DNA from: Alphaproteobacteria bacterium
GTDB taxonomy: Bacteria; Pseudomonadota; Alphaproteobacteria; UBA8317
Direction: 5' to 3'
DNA: 64,000 nt
Assembly (NCBI GenBank): GCA_038131935.1
Contig: JAYPQH010000010.1
Coordinates: 1-64,000 of the forward strand
In this document: piece after piece, positions 32,246 to 42,045 of the stretch
Position numbering within the stretch: the first letter of the stretch is position 1
Layout of the letters: every line of letters starts with the position of its first letter
Position numbers and translations under genes: made by a program
Notes under the pieces: model-generated
The model's input: only the letters and a program-made list of their open reading frames with translations
What the model was told of the DNA's origin: nothing
Databases searched by the model: none

Positions 32246-32569
32246 ATGGCAAGTAAGCCTCGTGTGAAAGCGCCCCGCAGTGCAAGTGTTGGTGAGGTGG
32301 TTACGATCAAAACTTTGATTAGCCACAAAATGGAAACTGGTCAGCGTAAGGACAAAAGTGGAAATGTAATTCCACGTAAAATTATCAATAAATTCGAATG
32401 TACATTCAACGGAGCTTCCGTTTTTAGTTGCGATATCCTACCGGCTGTTTCTGCCAACCCATATTTGCAATTCACCATGAAGGTTCCTGGTGAAGGTGAG
32501 TTTTTGTTTAAATGGACAGATGACGACGGCAGTGTTTACGAGAAAAAATCAAACCTCAAGATAGCTTGA
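32246..32569 (+). CDS. soxZ: Sulfur carrier partner SoxZ
   Basis: IKTLISHKMETGQRKD, AVSANPY. Confidence 0.97.
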   Translation: MASKPRVKAPRSASVGEVVTIKTLISHKMETGQRKDKSGNVIPRKIINKFECTFNGASVFSCDILPAVSANPYLQFTMKVPGEGEFLFKWTDDDGSVYEKKSNLKIA

Positions 32570-32579
32570 GGATGGTATT

Positions 32580-32606
32580 TTGTGGCGGTGAGTATCATCG
32601 CCACAA
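32580..32606 (+). terminator. Stem-loop between soxZ and soxA
   Basis: TTGTGGCGGTGA-GTA-TCATCGCCACAA followed by TTCTTT. Confidence 0.55.
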
Positions 32607-32661
32607 TTCTTTGAAAAATATTAGAAAGTGCAAAAAAGCGCTCAGAATACAGGGGGTAACT

Positions 32662-33477
32662 ATGGTCAAATTGAAAACAACTGCAATGGCGCTGATGCTT
32701 GGCTTAGCAGTTAGTACGTCAGGGGTTGCATCAGAGCGTAAATCGCTCCCAGCTCCTGAAGGGCATCCTTTGAGTGAAATTTTGTCTGGTTATGAGTTCA
32801 GGACGGACGAGACAAAACGCGTCCAAGATGATGATTTTGAAAATCCTGCTTTTTTATTGTTAGATCGTGGTGCTGAGCTTTGGAACACTGTCGATGGCGC
32901 GGCTGGAAAGTCATGCGCTTCATGTCATGGGGATGCGGCCGTGAGCATGAAGGGTGTTGGCGCTTCAATGCCGAAATGGAACAAACAACGGAATATGCCC
33001 ATAACGGTTGAGCGGCAAATAAATATTTGTCGAGAAGAGCAGATGCAAGCCAAGCCTTGGAAGTGGCTCAAAGACCAGAACATGTTGGGAATGACCATAT
33101 TTGTAAAAAATCAATCACGTGGGATGCCAATGAAGCCTGACATGGCGCCTGAAATGGAAGCTGTGCGAAAGAAAGGTGAAGAAATTTACTACACAAGGTA
33201 TGGACAGTTGGATTTGTCATGCGCCAATTGCCATGAAGATTACTATGGTAATTACATTCGTGCCGACATGTTAAGCCAGGGCCAAATCAATGGATTTCCA
33301 ACATACAGATTCAAGTGGAGTGGTGTTGGCAATGTACATCGCAGATTTAAGGGATGTATGAAAAATATTCGCGCAAACCCATTTAAGCCTCAAGGTGAAG
33401 AATTTACAGCACTTGAAGCTTACATGTCATATCGGGGACAAGGTTTGCCTTTAGAAACGCCTTCAGTGCGCAACTGA
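32662..33477 (+). CDS. soxA: SoxA diheme cytochrome c
   Basis: CASCH and CANCH, LSQGQINGFPTYR, RRFKGC, ETPSVRN. Confidence 0.97.
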   Translation: MVKLKTTAMALMLGLAVSTSGVASERKSLPAPEGHPLSEILSGYEFRTDETKRVQDDDFENPAFLLLDRGAELWNTVDGAAGKSCASCHGDAAVSMKGVGASMPKWNKQRNMPITVERQINICREEQMQAKPWKWLKDQNMLGMTIFVKNQSRGMPMKPDMAPEMEAVRKKGEEIYYTRYGQLDLSCANCHEDYYGNYIRADMLSQGQINGFPTYRFKWSGVGNVHRRFKGCMKNIRANPFKPQGEEFTALEAYMSYRGQGLPLETPSVRN

Positions 33478-33489
33478 GTAGCTTTTAAG

Positions 33490-33518
33490 CCTTGGGTCAC
33501 GTCGTTCTTGGCCCAAGG
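33490..33518 (+). terminator. Stem-loop between soxA and soxB
   Basis: CCTTGGGTCA...TGGCCCAAGG. Confidence 0.45.
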
Positions 33519-33561
33519 GTGAACTCTAATAACATTTGTATCATAGTTTCGGGGGTATAAT

Positions 33562-35250
33562 ATGTTCTCGCGCAGAGAATTCATGCAAGTCACAGCTGCA
33601 ACAGCTGCAATTATGGGTGCACAAACACCGTTAGGTGCTCTCGCTGCTACCCAAAAAATATCCCAAAATGATTTGCTTGATTTCGAAAGCAAGGGAAACG
33701 TCACATTAATGCATTTAACCGACATCCACGCTCAGTTGGTTCCCGTCTATTTTCGAGAGCCATCCGTGAATTTGGGTATAGGAAATGTTCATGGCCTTGT
33801 GCCTCACATCACAGGGCGCGAATTTCTTACCCATTATAACATTCCAAGAAATTCACTAGATGCTTATGCCCTTACCTATTTAGATTTTGCCGAAATGGCC
33901 TCGGAATATGGCCGTGTTGGTGGTATTGATCGCATGGCAACTGTGGTTAATGCCGTTCGTGCTCAGCGTCCTAATAATACGCTCCTTTTAGATGGGGGTG
34001 ACACCTGGCAAGGATCTTACACCTCATACCAAACCAAGGGTATGGATATGGTGAAGGCCATGAATAAGCTAGGCTGTGATGCGATGACAGCTCACTGGGA
34101 ATTTACCTATGGGACAGAGCGGGTAGAAGAGCTCGTTGAAAATTTAAACTTTCCATTCTTGGTAGGCAACGTTCGTGATACAGAGTGGGATGAGCCCGTT
34201 TTTGAAGCCATTCAATACTTTGAAAGAGGTGGGGTAAAAATTGCAGTGATTGGTCAAGCGTTTCCTTACACGCCCGTAGCCAATCCAAGACATTTTATCC
34301 CAAACTGGTCTTTTGGCATCCGCGAGGAAGAAGTTGCAAAGAATGTTGAAAAAGCTAGGTCTTCGGGTGCAGAATTGGTTGTGCTTGTCTCACATAATGG
34401 GTTCGATACAGACCGAAAATTAGCATCTAGGGTAAAGGGAATTGATGTATTGCTTTCTGGGCATACCCATGATGCTGTTCCCGAGGCATTACCCGTTGGG
34501 AAGACGTTGTTAATTGCTTCAGGATCGCATGGAAAGTTTTTATCTAGACTTGATTTAGATGTGCGTAATGGAGAAGTGAAGGACTATAGTTTCAGGTTGA
34601 TTCCTATCTTGTCAGATGTCATTGCACCTGATCGTGAAATGACCAAGCTTGTTCAAGAGATACGTGCGCCATTCCAAGATGTTATAAGTGAAAAATTGGC
34701 GACAACCGAGAGTACTTTATATAGGCGTGGTAACTTTAACGGTACGTTTGACGATTTGATCTGTGATGCTCTTTTGGAACAAAGGGACGCAGAGATTGCG
34801 CTGTCACCTGGTTTTCGTTGGGGAGCATCTTTGTTGCCTGGTCAACCAATAACTGTTGATGATGTTCATAACATGACATCTATTACGTATCCTGCAGCTT
34901 ATAGAAATAAGATGTCTGGACAAATGCTGAAAGACGTTCTCGAAGATGTTGCTGATAACTTGTTCAATGAGGATCCGTATTATCAGCAAGGTGGAGATAT
35001 GGTGCGTGTTGGTGGAATGGGTTACGCGATTAATCCCAATAAACCTTTTGGTCAGCGCATTACAAACATGCAACTTCTATCTACCGGTTCTCCTATTGAA
35101 GCTTCCAAGGACTACACAGTTGCTGGATGGGCAAGTGTCAATGAAGGCACTGAAGGGCCAGCTATTTGGGATGTGGTTTGTGATTATTTGCGTGCCAAAA
35201 AATCAGTAAATGTCCAGCCACGTGATCAAGTCAAGTTAGTCGGTACTTAA
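33562..35250 (+). CDS. soxB: Thiosulfohydrolase SoxB
   Basis: Tat SRREF, TDIHAQL, LDGGDTWQG, HWEFT, GHTHD, DPYYQQGGDMVR. Confidence 0.98.
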   Translation: MFSRREFMQVTAATAAIMGAQTPLGALAATQKISQNDLLDFESKGNVTLMHLTDIHAQLVPVYFREPSVNLGIGNVHGLVPHITGREFLTHYNIPRNSLDAYALTYLDFAEMASEYGRVGGIDRMATVVNAVRAQRPNNTLLLDGGDTWQGSYTSYQTKGMDMVKAMNKLGCDAMTAHWEFTYGTERVEELVENLNFPFLVGNVRDTEWDEPVFEAIQYFERGGVKIAVIGQAFPYTPVANPRHFIPNWSFGIREEEVAKNVEKARSSGAELVVLVSHNGFDTDRKLASRVKGIDVLLSGHTHDAVPEALPVGKTLLIASGSHGKFLSRLDLDVRNGEVKDYSFRLIPILSDVIAPDREMTKLVQEIRAPFQDVISEKLATTESTLYRRGNFNGTFDDLICDALLEQRDAEIALSPGFRWGASLLPGQPITVDDVHNMTSITYPAAYRNKMSGQMLKDVLEDVADNLFNEDPYYQQGGDMVRVGGMGYAINPNKPFGQRITNMQLLSTGSPIEASKDYTVAGWASVNEGTEGPAIWDVVCDYLRAKKSVNVQPRDQVKLVGT

Positions 35251-35330
35251 GAGGAGCTGGATGCTAATTGGCTGAGAATCCAAAGAAAAAATACAGTAAA
35301 AAAGTGTGATAATAACGAAAAGGGGTGAAC

Positions 35331-36581
35331 ATGACAACAACACGTCGACAGTTCTTGACCGGTGCAGCTGTGACAGCCGGTGCCGTGGTATCCGGTGGTA
35401 AGGCATTTGCCGAGGCAAATCCGGAAAACTTACCGCCTAATGTTGCAGATTGGAGCCGTTATCTGGGTGCCAGTGTAGATGACAATCCTTATGGTATGCC
35501 CTCAACATATGAGGCGGATGTTGTGCGTCGTTCGGTGGAATGGTTGACCGCATCGAGGGAATCATCAATCAACTTTACACCACTATATGCTCTTGATGGG
35601 ACAATAACCCCTTCCGGTGTTGCTTTTGAACGACATCATGGTGGAGCGCCAAGTGTAAATCCTGAAGAATATCGTTTGATGATTAATGGCCTTGTAGACA
35701 AGCCATTAATTTTTACATTGAATGACTTGAAGCGGTTTCCTCGTGTAACGAGGACATACTTCTTGGAATGTGCAGCAAATTCAGGAATGGAATGGCGTGG
35801 TGCTCAGCTAAACGGTTGTCAGTATACCCATGGTATGATTCACAATATGGAATATTCAGGCGTTCTGCTTAAGCATGTTTTGGAAGAAGCTGGTGTAAAA
35901 ACAAATGCACGTTGGATTCTACCTGAGGGTGCGGACTCTGCTGGAATGACGCGCTCCATACCTTTGGAAAAAGCTCTTGATGATTGTTTGATCGCGTTCA
36001 CCATGAATGGCGAAGCGTTACGAGAAGAGCAGGGGTATCCCGTTCGGCTCGTGGTCCCTGGATGGGAAGGAAATATGTGGGTCAAATGGTTGCGTCGTAT
36101 AGAAGTTGGTGATCAAGCTTGGCATCATAGAGAGGAAACATCAAAATACACTGACCTCATGGAAAATGGTAAGGCCCGCCGCTTTACCTGGGTTATGGAT
36201 GCAAAATCCGTTATTACATCTCCAAGTCCACAGGCACCAATGCTGTCAAAAGGGCCTAATGTACTGACAGGGCTGGCATGGTCGGGTGCTGGTACAGTAG
36301 ATCGCGTTGACGTCACCTTAGATGGCGGAAAAAATTGGTACCATGCTCGGATAGAAGGCCCGAGGCAATCTATGGCCTGCGTTCGTTTTTACTTTGATTT
36401 TAATTGGGACGGTTCACCTCTGTTGCTTCAATCCAGAGCTATGGATTCTACAGGTTATGTACAACCTACAAAAGATGCTCTGCGCAAAATCCGTGGTGAA
36501 AACTCAATCTATCACAACAATGGCATACAAACCTGGCATGTACGCAGCAATGGAGAGGTGGAAAATGTTGAAATTTCTTAA
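35331..36581 (+). CDS. soxC: Sulfane dehydrogenase molybdoprotein SoxC
   Basis: Tat TRRQFL, FERHHGG, LECAAN, GYPVRLVVPGWEGNMWVKWL, YHNNGIQ. Confidence 0.97.
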   Translation: MTTTRRQFLTGAAVTAGAVVSGGKAFAEANPENLPPNVADWSRYLGASVDDNPYGMPSTYEADVVRRSVEWLTASRESSINFTPLYALDGTITPSGVAFERHHGGAPSVNPEEYRLMINGLVDKPLIFTLNDLKRFPRVTRTYFLECAANSGMEWRGAQLNGCQYTHGMIHNMEYSGVLLKHVLEEAGVKTNARWILPEGADSAGMTRSIPLEKALDDCLIAFTMNGEALREEQGYPVRLVVPGWEGNMWVKWLRRIEVGDQAWHHREETSKYTDLMENGKARRFTWVMDAKSVITSPSPQAPMLSKGPNVLTGLAWSGAGTVDRVDVTLDGGKNWYHARIEGPRQSMACVRFYFDFNWDGSPLLLQSRAMDSTGYVQPTKDALRKIRGENSIYHNNGIQTWHVRSNGEVENVEIS

Positions 36582-37196
36582 AATAAAAACCATTTGTGTG
36601 GTGTTATCTCTAGCTGGTACTGTTCACGCTGGTGCTTTGGGACTAGGTCGCTTGGCCACACCAGAAGAAATTGCGGGATGGGATATTGATATCCGTCCAG
36701 ATGGCCAGGGGTTGCCAGAAGGCTCAGGTTCGGTGCTTGAAGGTGAAGAGGTATTCATTGAACAATGTGCGTCTTGCCATGGAGATTTTGGCGAGGGTGT
36801 TGACCGTTGGCCTGTGTTATCAGGTGGCCGTGGAACCTTAGCATCTCAGCATCCTGAAAAAACGATTGGTTCGTATTGGCCTTATCTTTCAACTGTCTAT
36901 GATTACATTTACCGTGCTATGCCGTTCGGTAATGCCCAATCCTTAGAACCCGATCAAGTGTATGGGATCACAGCCTATCTGTTGTATATGAATGACATTG
37001 TTGATGACGAATTTGTCCTATCAAAAGAAAACTTTAATACAGTGAAGATGCCCAATGAAGATGGTTTTTCCAAGACGATAGATCTGAAACTGCACTTTGG
37101 AAACAGACAGATCCTTGCATGCGAAACTGTAAAGAAAATGTCGAGATCACTGGTCGTGCACGAATTATTGATGTGACTCCCGAATCACAAGACTAA
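36565..37196 (+). CDS. soxD: SoxD cytochrome c, short monoheme form; frameshift near 37070
   Basis: WDIDIRPDGQGLP, CASCHG, TIGSYWPY; continuation PCMRNCKENVEITGRARIIDVTPE*. Confidence 0.93.
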
Positions 37197-37219
37197 AACT
37201 ATTAAGATTTTAAAAATAC

Positions 37220-37244
37220 GCGTCTCCAACTTTGTTGGAGGCGC
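37220..37244 (+). terminator. Stem-loop after soxD (no U-tract)
   Basis: GCGTCTCCAAC-TTT-GTTGGAGGCGC. Confidence 0.5.
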
Positions 37245-37254
37245 AAAGGGGTGG

Positions 37255-38142
37255 GTGATGAAGGCTATTGGACAAGCTTTATTCGTTGTTGCTTTGCTGG
37301 TTTCCACAGTTGGGCACACCAAAGAAGTGGCTCTAGATTTAGGAAAAGTTGTTGGTCTAGCCAATTATGATGCACAAGATGTGTCAGAACCTCTATTTCT
37401 GATAAACCATGGTACATTTATGCACAAAGATACTGAGACAATCACGGCTCTTCACCGAGCTTTGTTTGATCGCGGGTTGTCAGTATTATCTATCACCCAA
37501 ACGCTTGGAATATCGCAGCGCAAGGAAACTTATAATTGTGAACGTAATGTTCATCGCGTCGATCATCGAGAAGCGGCATTTGAGATCAAGAGCTGGGTTT
37601 CTTGGGCAAAGGAACAGGGACATAAAAATATCTTTCTACTAGGGCATAGCCGAGGCGGAAATCAGGTCCTGCGAGCTTTGAAGAATGATGTGGTCGTCAA
37701 AGGTATCGTTCTGTTGGCACCAGCGCACCAACAATCTTTTGAGAATGGGCGAGAAACGTTTGAAAAGATGATATCTTTAGAAACAGACGCTTTTTGGAAG
37801 GACATCGAGAACAAAGACAAGCAAGGGGAAGGTGAGACTCTTGCCGATGCAAAAGGTTTTTTATATTGCCCAACCGGTGTTCCTACCATTAGAGCCCTGG
37901 CCGGTAGCTACCTCGACGATGGTCTATATGATACGCACAAACTCGTATCTGAATTGAAAATTCCATCACTTGTGATTGCGGGAAGTGAAGACACAATTGT
38001 TCCAAATCTTGAAGTTGTTTTCCAGCCAATAGACAATGATGTTGAATTTGAAATGATTGAAGGTGCTAATCACTTCTTTCTTGATTTTTATGCAGATGAT
38101 GCTGCAGACCTCATATTGGAATTTGTAAATAAGCATCATTGA
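37255..38142 (+). CDS. Exported alpha/beta-fold hydrolase of unknown substrate
   Basis: Signal peptide, HGT oxyanion motif, GHSRGG nucleophile, GSEDTIV, GANHFF. Confidence 0.85.
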   Translation: MMKAIGQALFVVALLVSTVGHTKEVALDLGKVVGLANYDAQDVSEPLFLINHGTFMHKDTETITALHRALFDRGLSVLSITQTLGISQRKETYNCERNVHRVDHREAAFEIKSWVSWAKEQGHKNIFLLGHSRGGNQVLRALKNDVVVKGIVLLAPAHQQSFENGRETFEKMISLETDAFWKDIENKDKQGEGETLADAKGFLYCPTGVPTIRALAGSYLDDGLYDTHKLVSELKIPSLVIAGSEDTIVPNLEVVFQPIDNDVEFEMIEGANHFFLDFYADDAADLILEFVNKHH

Positions 38143-38153
38143 GGACGTATAAT

Positions 38154-39133
38154 ATGCATGGCTGGTTATTGACGAAAGATGATGAAGGGCAGAAATCTCA
38201 CTTTGGAGCTATTGATGACAAGGGCCTACCCGACGGCGAGATAACCCTATCTGTGGAATACTCAACAATTAATTATAAAGATGGGCTTGCCTTTTCTGGT
38301 AAGTCTCCTGTTGTTCGCCAATTCCCGATGGTACCAGGGATTGATGGTGTCGGTACGGTCATCAACAGTACTCTGCTGATATCCCAGAAGGTAGCCATGT
38401 TGTGATAAATGGATGGGGACTTGGTGAGACCCGTTGGGGATGTCTGGCAGACAAAGCCGTTGTGCAATCACACATGACGGTGCCTTTGCCCAAGGCTATT
38501 TCGGCTGCGCAATCTATGCAGATAGGAACAGCCGGTTATACGGCAATGTTATGTGTGCAGCGTTTGCTTTCTCATGGTCTTAAGCCCGAAGATGGCCCCA
38601 TTATGGTTACTGGTGCGGCAGGCGGGGTAGGTTCGTTTGCACTTATGTTTCTATCAGCACTTGGCTTTCATGCCGTAGCCATAACAGGTCGGGCCAATGA
38701 GGAGCCTTATCTTAAGTCACTTGGGGCAGCTGAAGTTAGGTCTAGAGATCAATTTGGAGAAAAATTCCGTCCACTAGAAAAAGAGCAATGGATGGGTGCC
38801 ATTGACACGGTTGGGTCAAAGATACTCGCTCATATTCTCGCGGGTACGTCCCGAGATGGTTGTGTCGCTGCATGTGGACTTGCCCAAGGGGCAGATCTTC
38901 CAACTTCTGTGATGCCTTTTATTTTGCGCGGTGTCACGTTGGCAGGTGTTGATTCCGTTATGATAGATAAAAGCAGGCGCTTGGCTGCCTGGGAATTGAT
39001 CGAGCAGCATTTTTGCTCAAAAAAATTGGATATCATTGCGGGAAATAGGTTTGAGTTGGAGCAAGCTGGTGAAGTCGCACAGGCTCTTTTGCATGGCGAT
39101 ATCAAAGGGCGCGCTCTTATAAAGGTTTCCTAA
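38154..39133 (+). CDS. acuI: Acrylyl-CoA reductase AcuI/YhdH family; frameshift near 38370
   Basis: YSTINYKDGLA, PMVPGID, IGTAGYTAMLC, VTGAAGGVGS, VMPFILRGVTLAGVDSV. Confidence 0.9.
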
Positions 39134-40145
39134 TAGGAACGGCTTGCTCTAGCCAGATATCTAAGCAACGGTCCCAACTAAAGTTCCGAGCATGAGCCAA
39201 TGCATCTTCACGTTGTAAGTCGCAAGCTAAACGTGCAGCCTGGCTTAGATCCTCATGCAAAACACCTGCCTTATTTGACGTCACAACATCAATGGGACCT
39301 GCAACTGGATAGGCTGCCACAGGCGTTCCGCATGCCATGGCTTCTAACATGACCAGTCCAAATGTATCTGTTCGTGAGGGAAATACAAAAACATCAGCAG
39401 AACGATAATACGTCGCAAGTTCCTCTCCAGATTTATAGCCCACAAAGGAGACGTCAGGATAAGTGGAAGAAAGTTCGGCACGAGCTGGTCCATCACCTAC
39501 GACGATCTTATGACCTTCCACCTTCATGGAGAGAAAGGCTTCAACATTTTTTTCAACAGCTATGCGACCAACATATAAGAACACAGGCTTGCTATCCGTT
39601 CTTGGTAGTTTGGGGCCATCAGGCTTAAAAATTGAAGTATCAACACCTCGCGTCCATAAAACGCAATTTTCAAAACCATGTTCCTCAAGTTCATTAATGA
39701 TGGACAATGTCGGGGTTAAAACTGCCGCACTCTCTTGATGAAACCATTTAAGAAATTTGTAGGTGGCACGTTCCGGAACTGGTAGTCTCTTGGCAAGGTA
39801 TTCAGGGAACCGTGTGTGAAAAGAGCTGGTGAACCGATAACCACGTGCCAAGCACGTCATGCGTGTCCACAGGCCAACAGGTCCTTCAGTCGCAATATGT
39901 ATATGATCCAAATCAGGGGATGAGATCATATCATTGATTGTTTGGACTGGCCACAACGCAAGCCGAATTTCTGGGTAGGTTGGACATGGAAATGATGTAT
40001 GACCTTGGGGTGACACCACCCGAATCTCGATATCTCTGGTCGCAGATAGATCGATTAATGTTCGTAATGTCCGCACCACCCCGTTTACTTGAGGTTCCCA
40101 AGCATCAGTAGCCAAAAGAATTGTGCGTTTTGTTTTTTTTTCCAT
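39117..40145 (-). CDS. GT4 glycosyltransferase, Agt-like glycolipid synthase
   Basis: TDAWEPQVNGVV, HIATEGP, FHTRFPEY, FPSRTDTFGLVMLEAMACG. Confidence 0.88.
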   Translation of the reverse strand: MEKKTKRTILLATDAWEPQVNGVVRTLRTLIDLSATRDIEIRVVSPQGHTSFPCPTYPEIRLALWPVQTINDMISSPDLDHIHIATEGPVGLWTRMTCLARGYRFTSSFHTRFPEYLAKRLPVPERATYKFLKWFHQESAAVLTPTLSIINELEEHGFENCVLWTRGVDTSIFKPDGPKLPRTDSKPVFLYVGRIAVEKNVEAFLSMKVEGHKIVVGDGPARAELSSTYPDVSFVGYKSGEELATYYRSADVFVFPSRTDTFGLVMLEAMACGTPVAAYPVAGPIDVVTSNKAGVLHEDLSQAARLACDLQREDALAHARNFSWDRCLDIWLEQAVPIRKPL

Positions 40146-40154
40146 GTGTTTGCG

Positions 40155-40958
40155 TTAAGCTGCTGCGCTGATCGACTTTGGTGAATTGGATGTTTTTGAT
40201 GATCCTAGACGGTGACTCCAGTCGATGATTTTGAACTGACCATCAAATGTTTCGACCAGTGCTGTGCAGCTTTCCACCCAATCTCCATCATTCATGTATG
40301 TTATGCCATCAACATCTTTGATGGCAGCTTTGTGTATATGTCCCGCTATACAGCCTTGTAAGCCCCGTCTTTTGGCCTCATTGGCAACAGCACCTTCAAA
40401 GTCATCAACAAATTTCACAGCGTTTTTCACTTTGCTTTTAAGATACGCTGATAAGGACCAATAGCTGAAACCCAGTTTGCGGCGGACGAATGCTAGGATG
40501 GTATTTGCGCCTAATGCAGCGGAATAGGCCCAATCCCCAAGATGCGCCAACCATTTGGCGTGTCTGATGACACCATCAAAGGCATCTCCATGAATGATAA
40601 GGTATTTTTTCCCATTGGCAGACTCGAATTCATCATCAAGACGTAATTCAATTCCGCCAAAATGTGTTCCTATGTAATCACGTGCAAATTCATCATGATT
40701 GCCAGGAATAAAAATTACCCTTGTGCCTTTGCGCGCCTTACGCAGGATTTTTTGGACCACATCATTATGTGCTTGTGGCCAGTACCAGCTTTTTTTTAGT
40801 CTCCAGCCATCAACAATATCTCCTACCAGATACAAATTTTCTGATTCATGATATTTGAAAAAATCAAGAAGTAATTCAGCCTTGCATCCCCGCGTTCCCA
40901 AGTGAACGTCAGATATGAATATGGTTCGGTAATGCTCTATTTTCGAAGACTCTGCCAT
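40155..40958 (-). CDS. plcP: Metallophosphoesterase, PlcP-like phospholipase C (often annotated as UDP-2,3-diacylglucosamine hydrolase)
   Basis: FISDVHLG, LVGDIVDGW, PGNHDE, HGD, GHIH, NDGDWVESCTA; adjacent to GT4. Confidence 0.82.
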   Translation of the reverse strand: MAESSKIEHYRTIFISDVHLGTRGCKAELLLDFFKYHESENLYLVGDIVDGWRLKKSWYWPQAHNDVVQKILRKARKGTRVIFIPGNHDEFARDYIGTHFGGIELRLDDEFESANGKKYLIIHGDAFDGVIRHAKWLAHLGDWAYSAALGANTILAFVRRKLGFSYWSLSAYLKSKVKNAVKFVDDFEGAVANEAKRRGLQGCIAGHIHKAAIKDVDGITYMNDGDWVESCTALVETFDGQFKIIDWSHRLGSSKTSNSPKSISAAA

Positions 40959-41024
40959 AATGATATCTGCCCCATTTATTTCTTCAAAGCATTAAACATT
41001 TTTTTTCCGTGAAGAAAGTCTTAT

Positions 41025-41972
41025 TTAACGCTCAAAATAAGCCATTGCCGATTGTTTGTCCGCTTGTATTTGTGCAGCGAGAGCATCCAATCCATCAAAT
41101 TTTTTTTCTGGCCGTATAAATTCCTCAAACCTAAAGGTTAACCTCTTTGCGTAAATATCACCAACATCGCGAAACAAATGGACTTCTAACAAAGGGCTTG
41201 GCTCATCATCTGTAACTGTAGGTTTAACGCCAATATTAGCTACTGCAGGAATCAACTCTTCGTCTATTATTGCATGGCCTGCATAAACGCCCAACTTGGG
41301 TAACAAGTAATTGGATGTATGCACATTTGCGGTTGGAAAACCTAATTGTCGTGCCAATTTTCGACCAGGCGAAACATGTCCAGACATTTGAAATGGACGC
41401 GTCAGCATTCTGGTGGCTTTGTGGGTTTCACCATCACGTAAATACTCGCGGATACGTGATGATGCATGTTCCTCACCACCTTCCAGTGTTTGTCTTTCTA
41501 TCACAACAACATCAACACCTTTTGGTTCAAGATAATATTTTAACATATCTGGGTCGCCTTGGCGTTTTTGGCCAAAATGAAAGTCATAACCGATGATAAC
41601 GGTTTGTGCATTCAGGGACTTCAAAAGTACGTCGTCCATAAATTTTTGTGCGCTTAATCCTGCAAAGTGACGCGAAAATCTTTGGGCAAGGATCGTATCT
41701 ATGCAAAATTGATCGAGCAGTGCAATTTTATCTCTAAGGGTTGTTAACCGAAAATTTTCAGAGGATACATGTGCGATCCTCTGAAAATATGTGCGAGGAT
41801 GAGGCTCAAAAGTTAATAGAATGGGTTTAAGATTACGTTGGGTGCATATCGTTGAACATGTTTTAAGAAGGATTTGATGGCCTTCATGCAACCCATCAAA
41901 ATTTCCAATGACGACGCCGTGACCTTTGTCACCATGATGATAATCCTGATAATTTCTTACAAGAAATGTCAT
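41025..41972 (-). CDS. ribF: Bifunctional riboflavin kinase/FAD synthetase
   Basis: IGNFDGLHEGH, GYDFHFG, SSRIR, LGFPTAN, IRPEKKF. Confidence 0.97.
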   Translation of the reverse strand: MTFLVRNYQDYHHGDKGHGVVIGNFDGLHEGHQILLKTCSTICTQRNLKPILLTFEPHPRTYFQRIAHVSSENFRLTTLRDKIALLDQFCIDTILAQRFSRHFAGLSAQKFMDDVLLKSLNAQTVIIGYDFHFGQKRQGDPDMLKYYLEPKGVDVVVIERQTLEGGEEHASSRIREYLRDGETHKATRMLTRPFQMSGHVSPGRKLARQLGFPTANVHTSNYLLPKLGVYAGHAIIDEELIPAVANIGVKPTVTDDEPSPLLEVHLFRDVGDIYAKRLTFRFEEFIRPEKKFDGLDALAAQIQADKQSAMAYFER

Positions 41973-42045
41973 GTAAAATCCTGGGTATAAAAATTTTTGC
42001 AGATATGTTTTTGTGTAACAGGAGAATTGAGGGAATTATACAGAA

